Shown here piece after piece: positions 25,903 through 36,444 of a stretch of DNA of 64,000 nucleotides. This DNA is from an uncultured Rhizobium sp. Lineage in GTDB: Bacteria; Bacteroidota; Bacteroidia; NS11-12g; UBA955. The position numbers were made by a program, and so were the translations under genes. The notes beneath the pieces were generated by a model. The model saw nothing but the letters and a program-made list of their open reading frames with translations. It made no database searches and was not told the origin of the DNA. The stretch covers positions 2,745 to 66,744 of the forward strand of contig CAZGQS010000005.1 in the NCBI GenBank assembly GCA_964527775.1, in the 5' to 3' direction. Within the stretch, counting starts at the first letter, position 1; the number at the start of each line of letters is the position of its first letter.

Positions 25903-26034
25903 ATGAAAAAGTTGTTAAGTATTATTTTGGTAGTCGTTGGTGTGTTTATGTTTGTAAGCGCTTGTAAATCAACACACAGAGCAGACTTTAATCCAATAAA
26001 AAGAAAGTCAATCAAAGCTTGTCCTTCTTTTTAA
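25903..26034 (+). CDS. Possible small lipoprotein (43 aa), absent from the ORF track
   Basis: The ORF MKKLLSIILVVVGVFMFVSACKST... has a clean signal peptide plus lipobox and lies in an otherwise empty intergenic region. Confidence 0.35.
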   Translation: MKKLLSIILVVVGVFMFVSACKSTHRADFNPIKRKSIKACPSF

Positions 26035-26078
26035 GGACTAAAATATTGTGTAGTAGATTGTGTAGTTTTTAGGGTTGA

Positions 26079-26966
26079 TTAAAACCTCAAAAACGTTCCC
26101 AACGGAAGTTTCTTCTTGAACTTATCGGTTAAATAAAGTTCTCCGAGTTCAATTTTGGAGGTTTTCAGGTGTGACTTGAAATGTTGGTAGACCAAATTTT
26201 CGGTGATCAACGCTGAAAATCCTAGAGAATATAAGTTTATAACGAAGAATCCTTGTGGGGCTAGAATTTCTGAGCACATATGGAGCAGTTCGTTTATTTG
26301 CTTTTCAAGCACCCATTTTTCTCCTTGCGGTCCGCGGCCGTAGGCGGGAGGATCTAAAATAATGCCGTCGTATTTTTTGCCTCGTTTCACTTCTCGTTGA
26401 ACAAATTTAAAGGCATCTTCAATGACCCAACGAATGCCGTCTAGGTTAGAGGATTCCATATTTTCTCGACTCCAAGTTACTACTTGCTTTACGCTATCTA
26501 CATGGGTAATATCTGCGCCGGCTTGACAAGCGGCGAGCGATGCACCACCGGTGTAAGCAAAAAGATTCAGTACTTTAGGTTGATGTTTGAAGCTTTTGCA
26601 TTTGGCGGCAATAAAGTCCCAATTGCTGGCCTGTTCTGGAAAAATTCCTACATGTTTGAAGGATGTAAGGGCCAGTCGCATGTTGAAGTTGAGCGGTCCT
26701 TTTTTGTAGTTTACCAACCAACGATCGGGCATGCCTTTTTTGATGGTCCAGTTTCCGGCATCGGCATCAATTTTTTCTCCTGCTTTTCTGAAGAATTCGG
26801 CGTGAGATTGGCTCTTCCATTGTTCTTCGGGAAGGCTTTTACTCCAAACGGCTTGAGGTTCTGGTCTTCTGAGCACCCACTTGCCGAAGCGTTCTAATTT
26901 TTCGAAATTTCCGCTGTCAATGAGTTCGTATTCGGGCAGCGTATCTGGAGTAACGGTTAAAAGCAC
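26079..26966 (-). CDS. Class I SAM-dependent methyltransferase (RlmI/RlmK-like rRNA methyltransferase type)
   Basis: The SAM-binding motif is NLFAYTGGASLA and the catalytic-region motif is IILDPPAYG. The start codon is GTG. Confidence 0.8.
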   Translation of the reverse strand: MLLTVTPDTLPEYELIDSGNFEKLERFGKWVLRRPEPQAVWSKSLPEEQWKSQSHAEFFRKAGEKIDADAGNWTIKKGMPDRWLVNYKKGPLNFNMRLALTSFKHVGIFPEQASNWDFIAAKCKSFKHQPKVLNLFAYTGGASLAACQAGADITHVDSVKQVVTWSRENMESSNLDGIRWVIEDAFKFVQREVKRGKKYDGIILDPPAYGRGPQGEKWVLEKQINELLHMCSEILAPQGFFVINLYSLGFSALITENLVYQHFKSHLKTSKIELGELYLTDKFKKKLPLGTFLRF

Positions 26967-27019
26967 ATGGCAAAGATAATTTTAAAATGTAAGTAAACCT
27001 TTGTAGGTTTACTGCGTCT

Positions 27020-28564
27020 ATGAAACGTATGCAATTAAAAATATTTTTTTTGCCCTTTATTCTATTTTTGGCAGCAAAGATAGGCGCTCAATCTGCACCC
27101 AATTGGAGCGAACATGTAGCTCCCATCATTTATAAAAGTTGTACTCCTTGTCATTCCAGTGGCGGTATTGCTCCGTTTGCCTTGAGCAATTACCAAGAGG
27201 TTAAATACCTAGGCAATGCGGTGGTTTCGGCAACACAGGCACGTAGAATGCCCCCTTATCCTGCAAGTTTAGAAAAAAATAGATACGCTCATGAAAATGT
27301 TCTGTCTGCCTATGAAATTGACGTAATCAAGCGGTGGAATGAGAATAAACATCCCCAGGGAGACACCACCAAAGAACCCAAAAAACCCGTTTTGAATTCA
27401 AACAGTGACTTGCCTCGCGTGGATGTTACCTATAAAATGACGCCTTACCTGGTGAAGACCAATAGCGATGTTTACAGATGTTTCGCGATTCCTAGCAACT
27501 TGTTTTCTGATAAAATGATCAAAGGGATGGAAGTGATTCCTGGAAACAGAAAAGTGGTGCATCACGTTTTGGTATTTCAAGATACCTCACAAAAGCCCTT
27601 ACAATTAGACAATGCTGATCCAGAACCCGGCTATAAGGCCTTCGGAAGCACCGGCAGTGCGAGTTCTACTTTGTTGGGGATGTACGTTCCAGGTCAGTCA
27701 CCGTTTTTGTATCCATCAAATTTTGCTGCTCGACTGAAAAAGAACAGTGTAATTGTGCTTCAAATTCACTATCCCCCAGGTATCAACGAAATTTGGGATT
27801 CTACCAAGCTCAATTTGATGCTCGAAGACCCCTCAAATCAAAGAGAAGTTTTTGTGCAATCACCATTGAATTTTCAAAGTCCCTCTCTCGTAAACGGTCC
27901 ATTATACATCGAAGCCAATGCCATAAAAACATTTTACAATCGATTTGTTATGCCTGCGAAAATCAGTCTTTTGGCGGTGGCTCCCCACATGCATTTGTTG
28001 GGTGATACTATAAAATCATCTTTGATAAATGGAACCGATACTACTCCCATTATTGATATTCCCAAGTGGGATTTCCATTGGCAAATGGCCTATCAATTTC
28101 GCAAGCCTATCGTTGCTGATAAAGGGTCAGTTCTCTGGGGTAAGGCAACCTATGATAATACCTATGCCAATCCGCACAACCCGAATGTTCCTCCACGTGA
28201 TGTGAGAGCAGGAGAGGGTACTGCCGATGAAATGTTCTTGATTTATTTCTGGTATACTCTCTACAAGTCGGGCGATGAGAATTTGGAATTGGATACCACG
28301 CCGCTAAAGATGTTGAGTGTTTCTAAGGTAAATCCAAATAACATGCTGGTATATCCTAATCCCGCAAACAATCAAATCAACGTAATCAATGCACTTCATG
28401 GGTCAAAGATTCGTGTCTATAATTCTGTGGGAAAACTGATCTTTGAAACCTCGGTGAACAGCGCCACAACATTTATCAATGTCCATAATTGGCCCGACGG
28501 AATGTATATTATTCAAAATTCAAGTTTGAATGGAGATTCGATTGTTCGATTTTTGAAGAATTAG
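27020..28564 (+). CDS. Secreted cytochrome c-like domain fused to a PHM/DBH-like copper type II monooxygenase, with a T9SS type A C-terminal domain
   Basis: It has a signal peptide, a CTPCH heme-binding motif with a downstream RRMPPYP, and Cu-site-like motifs VHHVLVF, LQIHYPPG, APHMHLLG and GTADEMFLIYFWY. The C-terminal LVYPNPANNQINVI... is a Por_Secre_tail-type domain. Confidence 0.7.
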   Translation: MKRMQLKIFFLPFILFLAAKIGAQSAPNWSEHVAPIIYKSCTPCHSSGGIAPFALSNYQEVKYLGNAVVSATQARRMPPYPASLEKNRYAHENVLSAYEIDVIKRWNENKHPQGDTTKEPKKPVLNSNSDLPRVDVTYKMTPYLVKTNSDVYRCFAIPSNLFSDKMIKGMEVIPGNRKVVHHVLVFQDTSQKPLQLDNADPEPGYKAFGSTGSASSTLLGMYVPGQSPFLYPSNFAARLKKNSVIVLQIHYPPGINEIWDSTKLNLMLEDPSNQREVFVQSPLNFQSPSLVNGPLYIEANAIKTFYNRFVMPAKISLLAVAPHMHLLGDTIKSSLINGTDTTPIIDIPKWDFHWQMAYQFRKPIVADKGSVLWGKATYDNTYANPHNPNVPPRDVRAGEGTADEMFLIYFWYTLYKSGDENLELDTTPLKMLSVSKVNPNNMLVYPNPANNQINVINALHGSKIRVYNSVGKLIFETSVNSATTFINVHNWPDGMYIIQNSSLNGDSIVRFLKN

Positions 28565-28648
28565 TTTTTAAGGATTTTCCGTAATTCTTTTTTTGAGATT
28601 TGCGAAAAATGCAAAAGTTGTTTGATTAAGACTTCTTAGTTTCGTTCC

Positions 28649-30010
28649 ATGCAAAAAAGTGCTTTGGTATTACGGATTTTCACTTTGGTTTTTTCTTTTG
28701 TTTCTGGGGGACATTTATTCGGTCAAGGAATCATGGGAGAGGGTAGCTCTTCATCGGTTCTCAGTCAACCCAATCGGCCATTGCCACCGCTTGATAAAAC
28801 AAATCTGGGTGAAATCTCCTATTACGACATCACTCAAGAATTGCTTGACTCTCTCCGTAGCAGATACAGACTTCAAAAAACACCTTATTACAAGGTGAAA
28901 ATGTCAATTGGGAATTTTTCAGAATCAGGGGTATTAAGACAGCAGGTTTATTTGGGATTTGGTTCAGCGAAAGCAAATGACAAGGTCTTTCGTATGAAAC
29001 GGAATTTAGTCAAAGGGAAGCTCATTGCAGTAGATTCACATGGAGTCTACCTCTATCAGAAGTCAGCAAAAAAAATGGGATTTGTACCATATACTGATAT
29101 TTGGTATATCAGAAGAGGAAATACAAGTTCAGATAAAATAATTCGAGATGCAAGCGCAATCATTGGTACTACAACTCTTATTGGAATGGGAGCTGGAATT
29201 GCAGAAGGGGAGTTAGATTATGTACCACTCGGGGCTATAATTGGTGGGTTCGTAGGTGCTTTCCTTTCACCGTTTGTCATAGTTCCAGATTTGATTTATC
29301 ATGAACTTCAAAATACTTCAAAGCGCATAAAATTCCGTATAAATTACCGCAGTGATAAGATGACTGATTACATTGCGATGGTAGAAAAAGACCGTTACCG
29401 CTATGGTAAGCGCATTATGTATCATGAGTTTCCGGGTTCTAACAATTCCACTATTGATCAGGATCAACCAGTAATCAGCGATCAGCCTTCTTCCACGAGC
29501 CACGAGCCAATTGCTAAAGACCAAGAGCCAGTAATCAGCGTTCAGCCTTCAGCTAACAGCCAACAGCCAATTGCTAAAGACCAAGATCCAATATCCAAAG
29601 ACCAACAACCAATATCCAAAGACCAAAATCCAATAGTTTTACCACCCTTCAAATCGGGTAAATACATTTCTGCTGCTTGGATGATTCAAGGGTTTGAATC
29701 GAAGTTTGTAAATGTGCAACGTATGCTCAAGACGTTTCCAGATTTGAGGAACAGTCAATTGACAGATGCCGATAAAGCACTTTTTAAGAATTCTGATGAA
29801 GTAAAATATGCAGCAATGCTTATTTGTACCCCTTTGGGATTTGATTTCAGTAAAGCGGTAGCATTGAATGAAAGCCAAGCAAATGACCTCACACAATTGT
29901 TGCCTTATTACAACGTTCAAGTTGTTAATGGTCAAACGGTAATTAAGTCAAGTGGATTGACTAGAATTGACGAAGTGAATTTGGAATTCCTTTACAAGTT
30001 GATGAAATAA
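28649..30010 (+). CDS. Membrane protein of unknown function with a heptamer-repeat-encoded low-complexity linker
   Basis: It has a signal peptide and glycine-zipper TM segments (GTTTLIGMGAGIA, GAIIGGFVGAFLSPFVIV). A PISKDQx repeat linker is followed by a ~120-aa C-terminal globular region. Confidence 0.55.
   Translation: MQKSALVLRIFTLVFSFVSGGHLFGQGIMGEGSSSSVLSQPNRPLPPLDKTNLGEISYYDITQELLDSLRSRYRLQKTPYYKVKMSIGNFSESGVLRQQVYLGFGSAKANDKVFRMKRNLVKGKLIAVDSHGVYLYQKSAKKMGFVPYTDIWYIRRGNTSSDKIIRDASAIIGTTTLIGMGAGIAEGELDYVPLGAIIGGFVGAFLSPFVIVPDLIYHELQNTSKRIKFRINYRSDKMTDYIAMVEKDRYRYGKRIMYHEFPGSNNSTIDQDQPVISDQPSSTSHEPIAKDQEPVISVQPSANSQQPIAKDQDPISKDQQPISKDQNPIVLPPFKSGKYISAAWMIQGFESKFVNVQRMLKTFPDLRNSQLTDADKALFKNSDEVKYAAMLICTPLGFDFSKAVALNESQANDLTQLLPYYNVQVVNGQTVIKSSGLTRIDEVNLEFLYKLMK
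29455..29640. repeat. Heptanucleotide-phased block E inside a CDS (CAGCGAT, CAGCCTT, GAGCCAC..., then CCAATAT/CCAAAGA/CCAACAA units)
   Basis: The period-7 phasing can be read directly over ~185 nt. It is translated in frame as 7-residue repeats (PISKDQQ, PIAKDQE). Confidence 0.7.
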
Positions 30011-30014
30011 ATCA

Positions 30015-32321
30015 TCAACGAGTGAATACATGTGTCTGAGCAGCCTCTAAATGATGTGGCTGATCATACAAACTGAATTCAATGGAAGATTCACCGAGAT
30101 TGCTGATGACAATTTGTTTCTCAGAAACCTCAATGTTTACAGGTTGATTGTTGTATAGGATTTTGAAAGCGTATTTCTTCCATTCCTTTGGTAGGTTGGG
30201 AGAAAGTTGAAGGTGTTGATTCTTGATTCTCAATCCCCCGAAACCCTGAACAATGCTCAAATAACTACCAGCCATGGAGGTGATGTGTAGACCGTCTTCG
30301 GTGTCGTTGTTATAATTATCTAGGTCTAGTCTGGCAGTACGCAGGTACATCTCATACGCTTTGTCGTATTGTCCAATTTTGGCAGCCAAGATACTATGAA
30401 CACAAGGACTTAACGAACTTTCATGAACGGTGAAGGGTTCGTAGAAGAGGAAATTTCGTTTGTGAGTTTCTATGTCAAAGTCGTCTTCGAAGAAATATAG
30501 GCCTTGAAGAACGTCTGCTTGTTTGATGTAGACGCTTCTCAAAATGCGATCCCAGCTCCATTTTTGGTTTAGGGGTCTATCAACAGCGGGAAGGTCATTT
30601 ACGGGAATGAGCTCTTTGTCTAAAAAGCCATCGTGTTGAACGTAAACTTTTTCTTGCTCATCGAAGGGAAGGTACATGTTTTGGATGATGTGTTCCCATT
30701 TTTGAAGTTCAGATGCTGCATCAAAGGAGGTCTTTCGTCCAATTTCTGCGAAGATTTGAGGGAATTTGGATTGCAAGAATTCAGTAGCTTCTTTGGTGTA
30801 TTTTAGGCACCACATGGCTATGTAACTCGTGTACCAGTTGTTATTTACGTTGTTTTCGTATTCGTTGGGGCCGGTAACGCCGTGCATTTCGTAACGTTGT
30901 TTACGGGTGTTCCAATGAACGCGTTGAGCCCAGAAACGGCTGATTCCCAAGAGGACTTCAAATCCGCCTTCGGCGAGATAGGTGCGATCTCCAGTGTGCT
31001 CAATGTAGTTGTAAATGGCGTATGCAATGGCACCGTTTCGGTGAATTTCTTCGAAGGTAATTTCCCATTCGTTGTGACACTCTTCACCGTTCATGGTAAC
31101 CATGGGGTACAAAGCTGCACCGTTGTTGAAGCCCAGTTTTGAGGCATTTTCAATGGCCTTATCTAGTTGTTTATATCGGTAAACCAGAAGTTGTTTTGAT
31201 ATGCTAGAATGGCTTGAAACGAGGTAGAAGGGGAGGCAGTATGCTTCGGTGTCCCAATAGGTACTTCCGCCGTATTTTTCTCCGGTGAAACCTTTCGGGC
31301 CAATATTCAATCTTGGGTCATCACCGCAATATGTTTGGTTTAGGTGATAGATGTTGAATCGAACAGCTTGTTGTGCAGCGTCATCACCTTCCACGACTAC
31401 ATCGTGGTTGTTCCACTTTTCGTTCCAAGCTTTTGAGCTCATTTCGAGGTGAGATTCAAAAGTGGAGGAAGCCATTTTCTTCACGGCATTTTTTGCATGA
31501 ATTAAGACGGCATCGTTTGGATGGTTGAAGTTGCTCGCTGAGATGACGTGTTTTACGAAAACGAATTCATGTCCCCCGGAAAGAGAAAAAGAATAAGTGC
31601 TTTCAGCATATTTCGATTTTACTGCGTGCTGTGGTTCGGGCGAAAAAGCTTCGCCGTCAAGGAAAAACTGAGCCACACAAGAAGTTGCCAAGAGCCAATC
31701 GAGTTTTTTCGTGCGCACCAACAAGTGGAGCTCGTTGGAAGTACTTTCTTGGTTCTCTTCGAGCCAGAACTTCTCGTCGTAATTGCTGTCTTTGTTGGAT
31801 ATATCGCCGTCAAGATAGTTTGTTAATGAAACCTCGCAATTTTGGTTGGTCTTAACGCGGTATCGGAGCGCGGAATATTCTTTGTTGATGAGGCTGTAAA
31901 AACGGGTTGATTCAATGGTGACTTCAATGCCGTTGTTTAAAGTGATGGTACTTCGGCGGTTCAATACGCCGTTGTACATATCTAGTTCGCGATAGAACTG
32001 ATGGATGGTTGCATTATTTAAATCAACCACTTCATTATTGATTTTTAATACAATGCCACTCCAGTAGGTACTGTTGATGACCTTAGCGAAGTACTCGGGG
32101 TAACCGTTTTTCCACCAGCCAACACGGGTTTTATCTGGGTAGTAAACTCCACCTACGTAGGTGCCTTGAAGCGTATGCCCGGTGTAGGTTTCTTCTAAAT
32201 TGGCTCGCTGTCCCATCATGCCATTTCCTATGGCAAAAACGCTTTCAGCGACTTCGTTGTATTGAGGGTCAAAACCTTCTTCAATGACCTTCCAAGGGTG
32301 AACTTTGAAATAGGATTTCAT
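30015..32321 (-). CDS. Glycoside hydrolase family 65 disaccharide phosphorylase (maltose/trehalose/kojibiose phosphorylase type)
   Basis: The N-terminal HPWKVIEEGFDP...ESVFAIGNGMMGQR matches, as does the 768-aa length. A beta-phosphoglucomutase gene lies immediately downstream. Confidence 0.9.
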   Translation of the reverse strand: MKSYFKVHPWKVIEEGFDPQYNEVAESVFAIGNGMMGQRANLEETYTGHTLQGTYVGGVYYPDKTRVGWWKNGYPEYFAKVINSTYWSGIVLKINNEVVDLNNATIHQFYRELDMYNGVLNRRSTITLNNGIEVTIESTRFYSLINKEYSALRYRVKTNQNCEVSLTNYLDGDISNKDSNYDEKFWLEENQESTSNELHLLVRTKKLDWLLATSCVAQFFLDGEAFSPEPQHAVKSKYAESTYSFSLSGGHEFVFVKHVISASNFNHPNDAVLIHAKNAVKKMASSTFESHLEMSSKAWNEKWNNHDVVVEGDDAAQQAVRFNIYHLNQTYCGDDPRLNIGPKGFTGEKYGGSTYWDTEAYCLPFYLVSSHSSISKQLLVYRYKQLDKAIENASKLGFNNGAALYPMVTMNGEECHNEWEITFEEIHRNGAIAYAIYNYIEHTGDRTYLAEGGFEVLLGISRFWAQRVHWNTRKQRYEMHGVTGPNEYENNVNNNWYTSYIAMWCLKYTKEATEFLQSKFPQIFAEIGRKTSFDAASELQKWEHIIQNMYLPFDEQEKVYVQHDGFLDKELIPVNDLPAVDRPLNQKWSWDRILRSVYIKQADVLQGLYFFEDDFDIETHKRNFLFYEPFTVHESSLSPCVHSILAAKIGQYDKAYEMYLRTARLDLDNYNNDTEDGLHITSMAGSYLSIVQGFGGLRIKNQHLQLSPNLPKEWKKYAFKILYNNQPVNIEVSEKQIVISNLGESSIEFSLYDQPHHLEAAQTHVFTR

Positions 32322-32339
32322 GGAAATAAATGAGTGTGT

Positions 32340-32981
32340 TTAATTCAAATAGGTTTGAAAATCGTAATTGCCGAGATTGGAAACGTATTCATCGGCAAGG
32401 GGTAGGTCTTGGGGGATACCAACCCCAACAGTATACATGTTGGCCGCTTTTGCAGCTTGAATTCCAGATAGACTGTCTTCAAAAACGATGCAATTTTCTG
32501 GTGCAATATTCAACAGTTCAGCAGCTTTCAAAAAGGTTTCGGGATGAGGTTTTCCGTTGGTGACGGTTGAAGCATCTACAATTCCCTTAAAAGCGTCTAT
32601 TAATCCAACTTTTGAGAGCACCAAACGCGCATTCTTACTGGCAGAACCAAGGGCAAGAGGAATGTTGTATCTCACGGCGCGTTCAAAAAACTCACGCACT
32701 CCAGGAAGTAGATCTTTGGAGTTCATGGTTTCAACGAGTTCAAGATACCAACCGTTTTTACGGTCTAGGTCTCTATTGAATTGATCTGGATTGAGAACAC
32801 GACCGGCCCATTCCAAAATCAATTTAAGGGAGTCAGCGCGTGAAACACCTTTGAGTTGTTCGTTATGTTCATGAGTGAGAAGAAGGTCATATTCTGCTGC
32901 AAGCCTTTTCCACGCTTTGTAATGGAATTCAGCGGTATCGCAAATTACGCCGTCTAGGTCAAGGATGATTCCTTGTTTCAT
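32340..32981 (-). CDS. pgmB: Beta-phosphoglucomutase (HAD superfamily)
   Basis: The HAD motif I is ILDLDGVICDT. The size and the pairing with a GH65 gene are typical. Confidence 0.85.
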   Translation of the reverse strand: MKQGIILDLDGVICDTAEFHYKAWKRLAAEYDLLLTHEHNEQLKGVSRADSLKLILEWAGRVLNPDQFNRDLDRKNGWYLELVETMNSKDLLPGVREFFERAVRYNIPLALGSASKNARLVLSKVGLIDAFKGIVDASTVTNGKPHPETFLKAAELLNIAPENCIVFEDSLSGIQAAKAANMYTVGVGIPQDLPLADEYVSNLGNYDFQTYLN

Positions 32982-33835
32982 GCGTGAACGCCCAATTTTT
33001 TCAAATGGTAATCCACAAGATTAACTACGGGTTCGCTGGTGATTACACCAATGTTTAAACGGTGAATCTTGCAAGCTTCACGGAGTAAATCTTGGAAGTG
33101 GAACGCTACAGATCCCACAAAATGCACGGGCACGTCTTTGTGGTTCTCGTATTTCCAAATATGTATGTTGATGAATTTGCTGAACCCGTTATAAATGAAA
33201 TCACGCACCCATTTACTGTCGCGGTTATCGCTTAAAAAGCGCATAAAAGACGCCAAGTAAACATTGGGATTGGGTTTGTTATAAACAGCTTCAAAAATAG
33301 ATTCTTTGGTTAATTGATAACGATCAATAAGTCCTTGGTGGATTTTCTCGGGAAGTTCATGGTACAAGAACATTCTGAGAAGTTCTTTGCCGTAAAATGT
33401 TCCTCCGGCTTCGTCGCCCAATACATAACCTAATGCAGGAACTTCTTCGTAGATGTCTTGTCCGTCGAAATAGCAAGAGTTAGAACCAGTACCCATGATG
33501 CAGGCAATACCGGGTTCATCTCCGCAAGTAGCGTAAACGGCACCCGTTAAATCATGGTCAACGGTTATTTCTGCATGAGTGAATACGCGTTTTAGGGCTT
33601 CTTCTACAACTGCATTTCTGGTGGGATGGCTAGCGCCGGCACCGTAGAAATATACGTGCTGCACTTGTGGTGCTAAAGCAGAGAGCTCGGTATTTTTTCT
33701 TATCTCACTTTCTATAAGGTCAGTGGGGTGAAAAAATGGGTTAAATCCCATGGTATGGTAGGTTGATCTTTTCTCCGAACCATCGGTGAAAACCCAGTCA
33801 CATTTGGTGCTTCCGCTATCTGCTACGAGTAACAT
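32978..33835 (-). CDS. BadF/BadG/BcrA/BcrD-type ATPase (N-acetylglucosamine-kinase-like sugar kinase)
   Basis: The N-terminal motif is LLVADSGSTKCDW, followed by GTGSNS and GDEAGG motifs. It has a 4-nt overlap with pgmB. Confidence 0.8.
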   Translation of the reverse strand: MLLVADSGSTKCDWVFTDGSEKRSTYHTMGFNPFFHPTDLIESEIRKNTELSALAPQVQHVYFYGAGASHPTRNAVVEEALKRVFTHAEITVDHDLTGAVYATCGDEPGIACIMGTGSNSCYFDGQDIYEEVPALGYVLGDEAGGTFYGKELLRMFLYHELPEKIHQGLIDRYQLTKESIFEAVYNKPNPNVYLASFMRFLSDNRDSKWVRDFIYNGFSKFINIHIWKYENHKDVPVHFVGSVAFHFQDLLREACKIHRLNIGVITSEPVVNLVDYHLKKLGVHA

Positions 33836-33991
33836 AATTATTGTGTTAAGTACAATTATAGGTAAATTTTGTCACGCAATTTAGTAATTTATTAATTAGT
33901 GTCAAAAAAACACTTATTAAAATAGGGCATGTTTTTTTCGAATACCCAATACACATTTGTGAACGGAAAGTTTCATCCGTAAAAAATTAAA

Positions 33992-33999
33992 TATCTTTG
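33992..33999 (+). promoter_or_regulatory. Candidate -7 promoter box (TATCTTTG)
   Basis: It matches TAnnTTTG and lies 10 nt upstream of ATG 34010. Confidence 0.4.
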
Positions 34000-34009
34000 C
34001 TCTGAATTT

Positions 34010-34780
34010 ATGAGCTTGAACCCGTCAATCAACCCCCACGTTTCTACTGACTGTGTCATCTTTGGTTTTAGTCAAGATACGCTCAGGTTGCTATTAATTC
34101 GCAGAAGTATTCCCAATAGGCTTACCGATGTTAACGACATACATTATGCATTGCCGGGAGATTTGGTTCGTGATGATGAAGATTTAGACAAAGCGGCAAA
34201 CAGAGTCTTATCTGAACTTACAGGGTTAAAGGGAATTTATCTTGAGCAATTCCATTCATTTGGAGATCCTTTGCGTGTTACAAAACCAAAGGATAGATCT
34301 TGGTTGGAAAGTGTAAGACAAGATCCAGATGCTCGAGTAATAACTGTTGCCTATATGGCCTTAATTGATGCAAATAAGGCAGTTTTACAACCCGGTTCAT
34401 TTTCAAAAGAGGCCGTTTGGTTGCCCATTTCGGAAGTGCCAGAATTGGCTTTTGACCATAATGAAATTTTCGAGAATGCCCTTAAAGCATTGAAGGAAAA
34501 GGTTCAAATTCAACCCATTGGGTTTGAATTGTTGCCAGAAAAGTTCACCATGAGTCAATTGCAATCTCTTTATGAAACCATCTTAGAGAGAGATCTTGAC
34601 AAACGTAATTTTAGACGAAAAATGTTGAATAGTGGGGTATTGATACCACTATCAGAGAAACAATTGGGCGTGAGCAATAAACCAGCCCGTTTCTATTCAT
34701 TCAACCGCGATTTATTTGAAAATTCGGAGAATAGATATTTAAATCTTCGAATGGATGGTAGTTTTTCACTCTTCGGTTGA
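34010..34780 (+). CDS. Nudix-domain transcriptional regulator (NrtR-like: Nudix fold plus C-terminal winged helix)
   Basis: The Nudix-like region is ALPGDLVRDDEDLDKAANRVLSELTG. The C-terminal FTMSQLQSLYETILERDLDKRNFRRKML is typical of the NrtR wHTH. Confidence 0.7.
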   Translation: MSLNPSINPHVSTDCVIFGFSQDTLRLLLIRRSIPNRLTDVNDIHYALPGDLVRDDEDLDKAANRVLSELTGLKGIYLEQFHSFGDPLRVTKPKDRSWLESVRQDPDARVITVAYMALIDANKAVLQPGSFSKEAVWLPISEVPELAFDHNEIFENALKALKEKVQIQPIGFELLPEKFTMSQLQSLYETILERDLDKRNFRRKMLNSGVLIPLSEKQLGVSNKPARFYSFNRDLFENSENRYLNLRMDGSFSLFG

Positions 34781-34786
34781 TTTTCG

Positions 34787-34794
34787 TACCTTTG
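34787..34794 (+). promoter_or_regulatory. Candidate -7 promoter box (TACCTTTG)
   Basis: It matches TAnnTTTG and lies 20 nt upstream of ATG 34815. Confidence 0.4.
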
Positions 34795-34808
34795 CAACTC
34801 ATTTTTGA

Positions 34809-36431
<1,623 letters not shown>

Positions 36432-36444
36432 AATTGAAAATAAA

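Noticed and set aside
26484-26897. 137-aa plus-strand ORF antisense to the methyltransferase gene
   Set aside because: It is a shadow ORF. The minus-strand frame carries unambiguous SAM-methyltransferase motifs.
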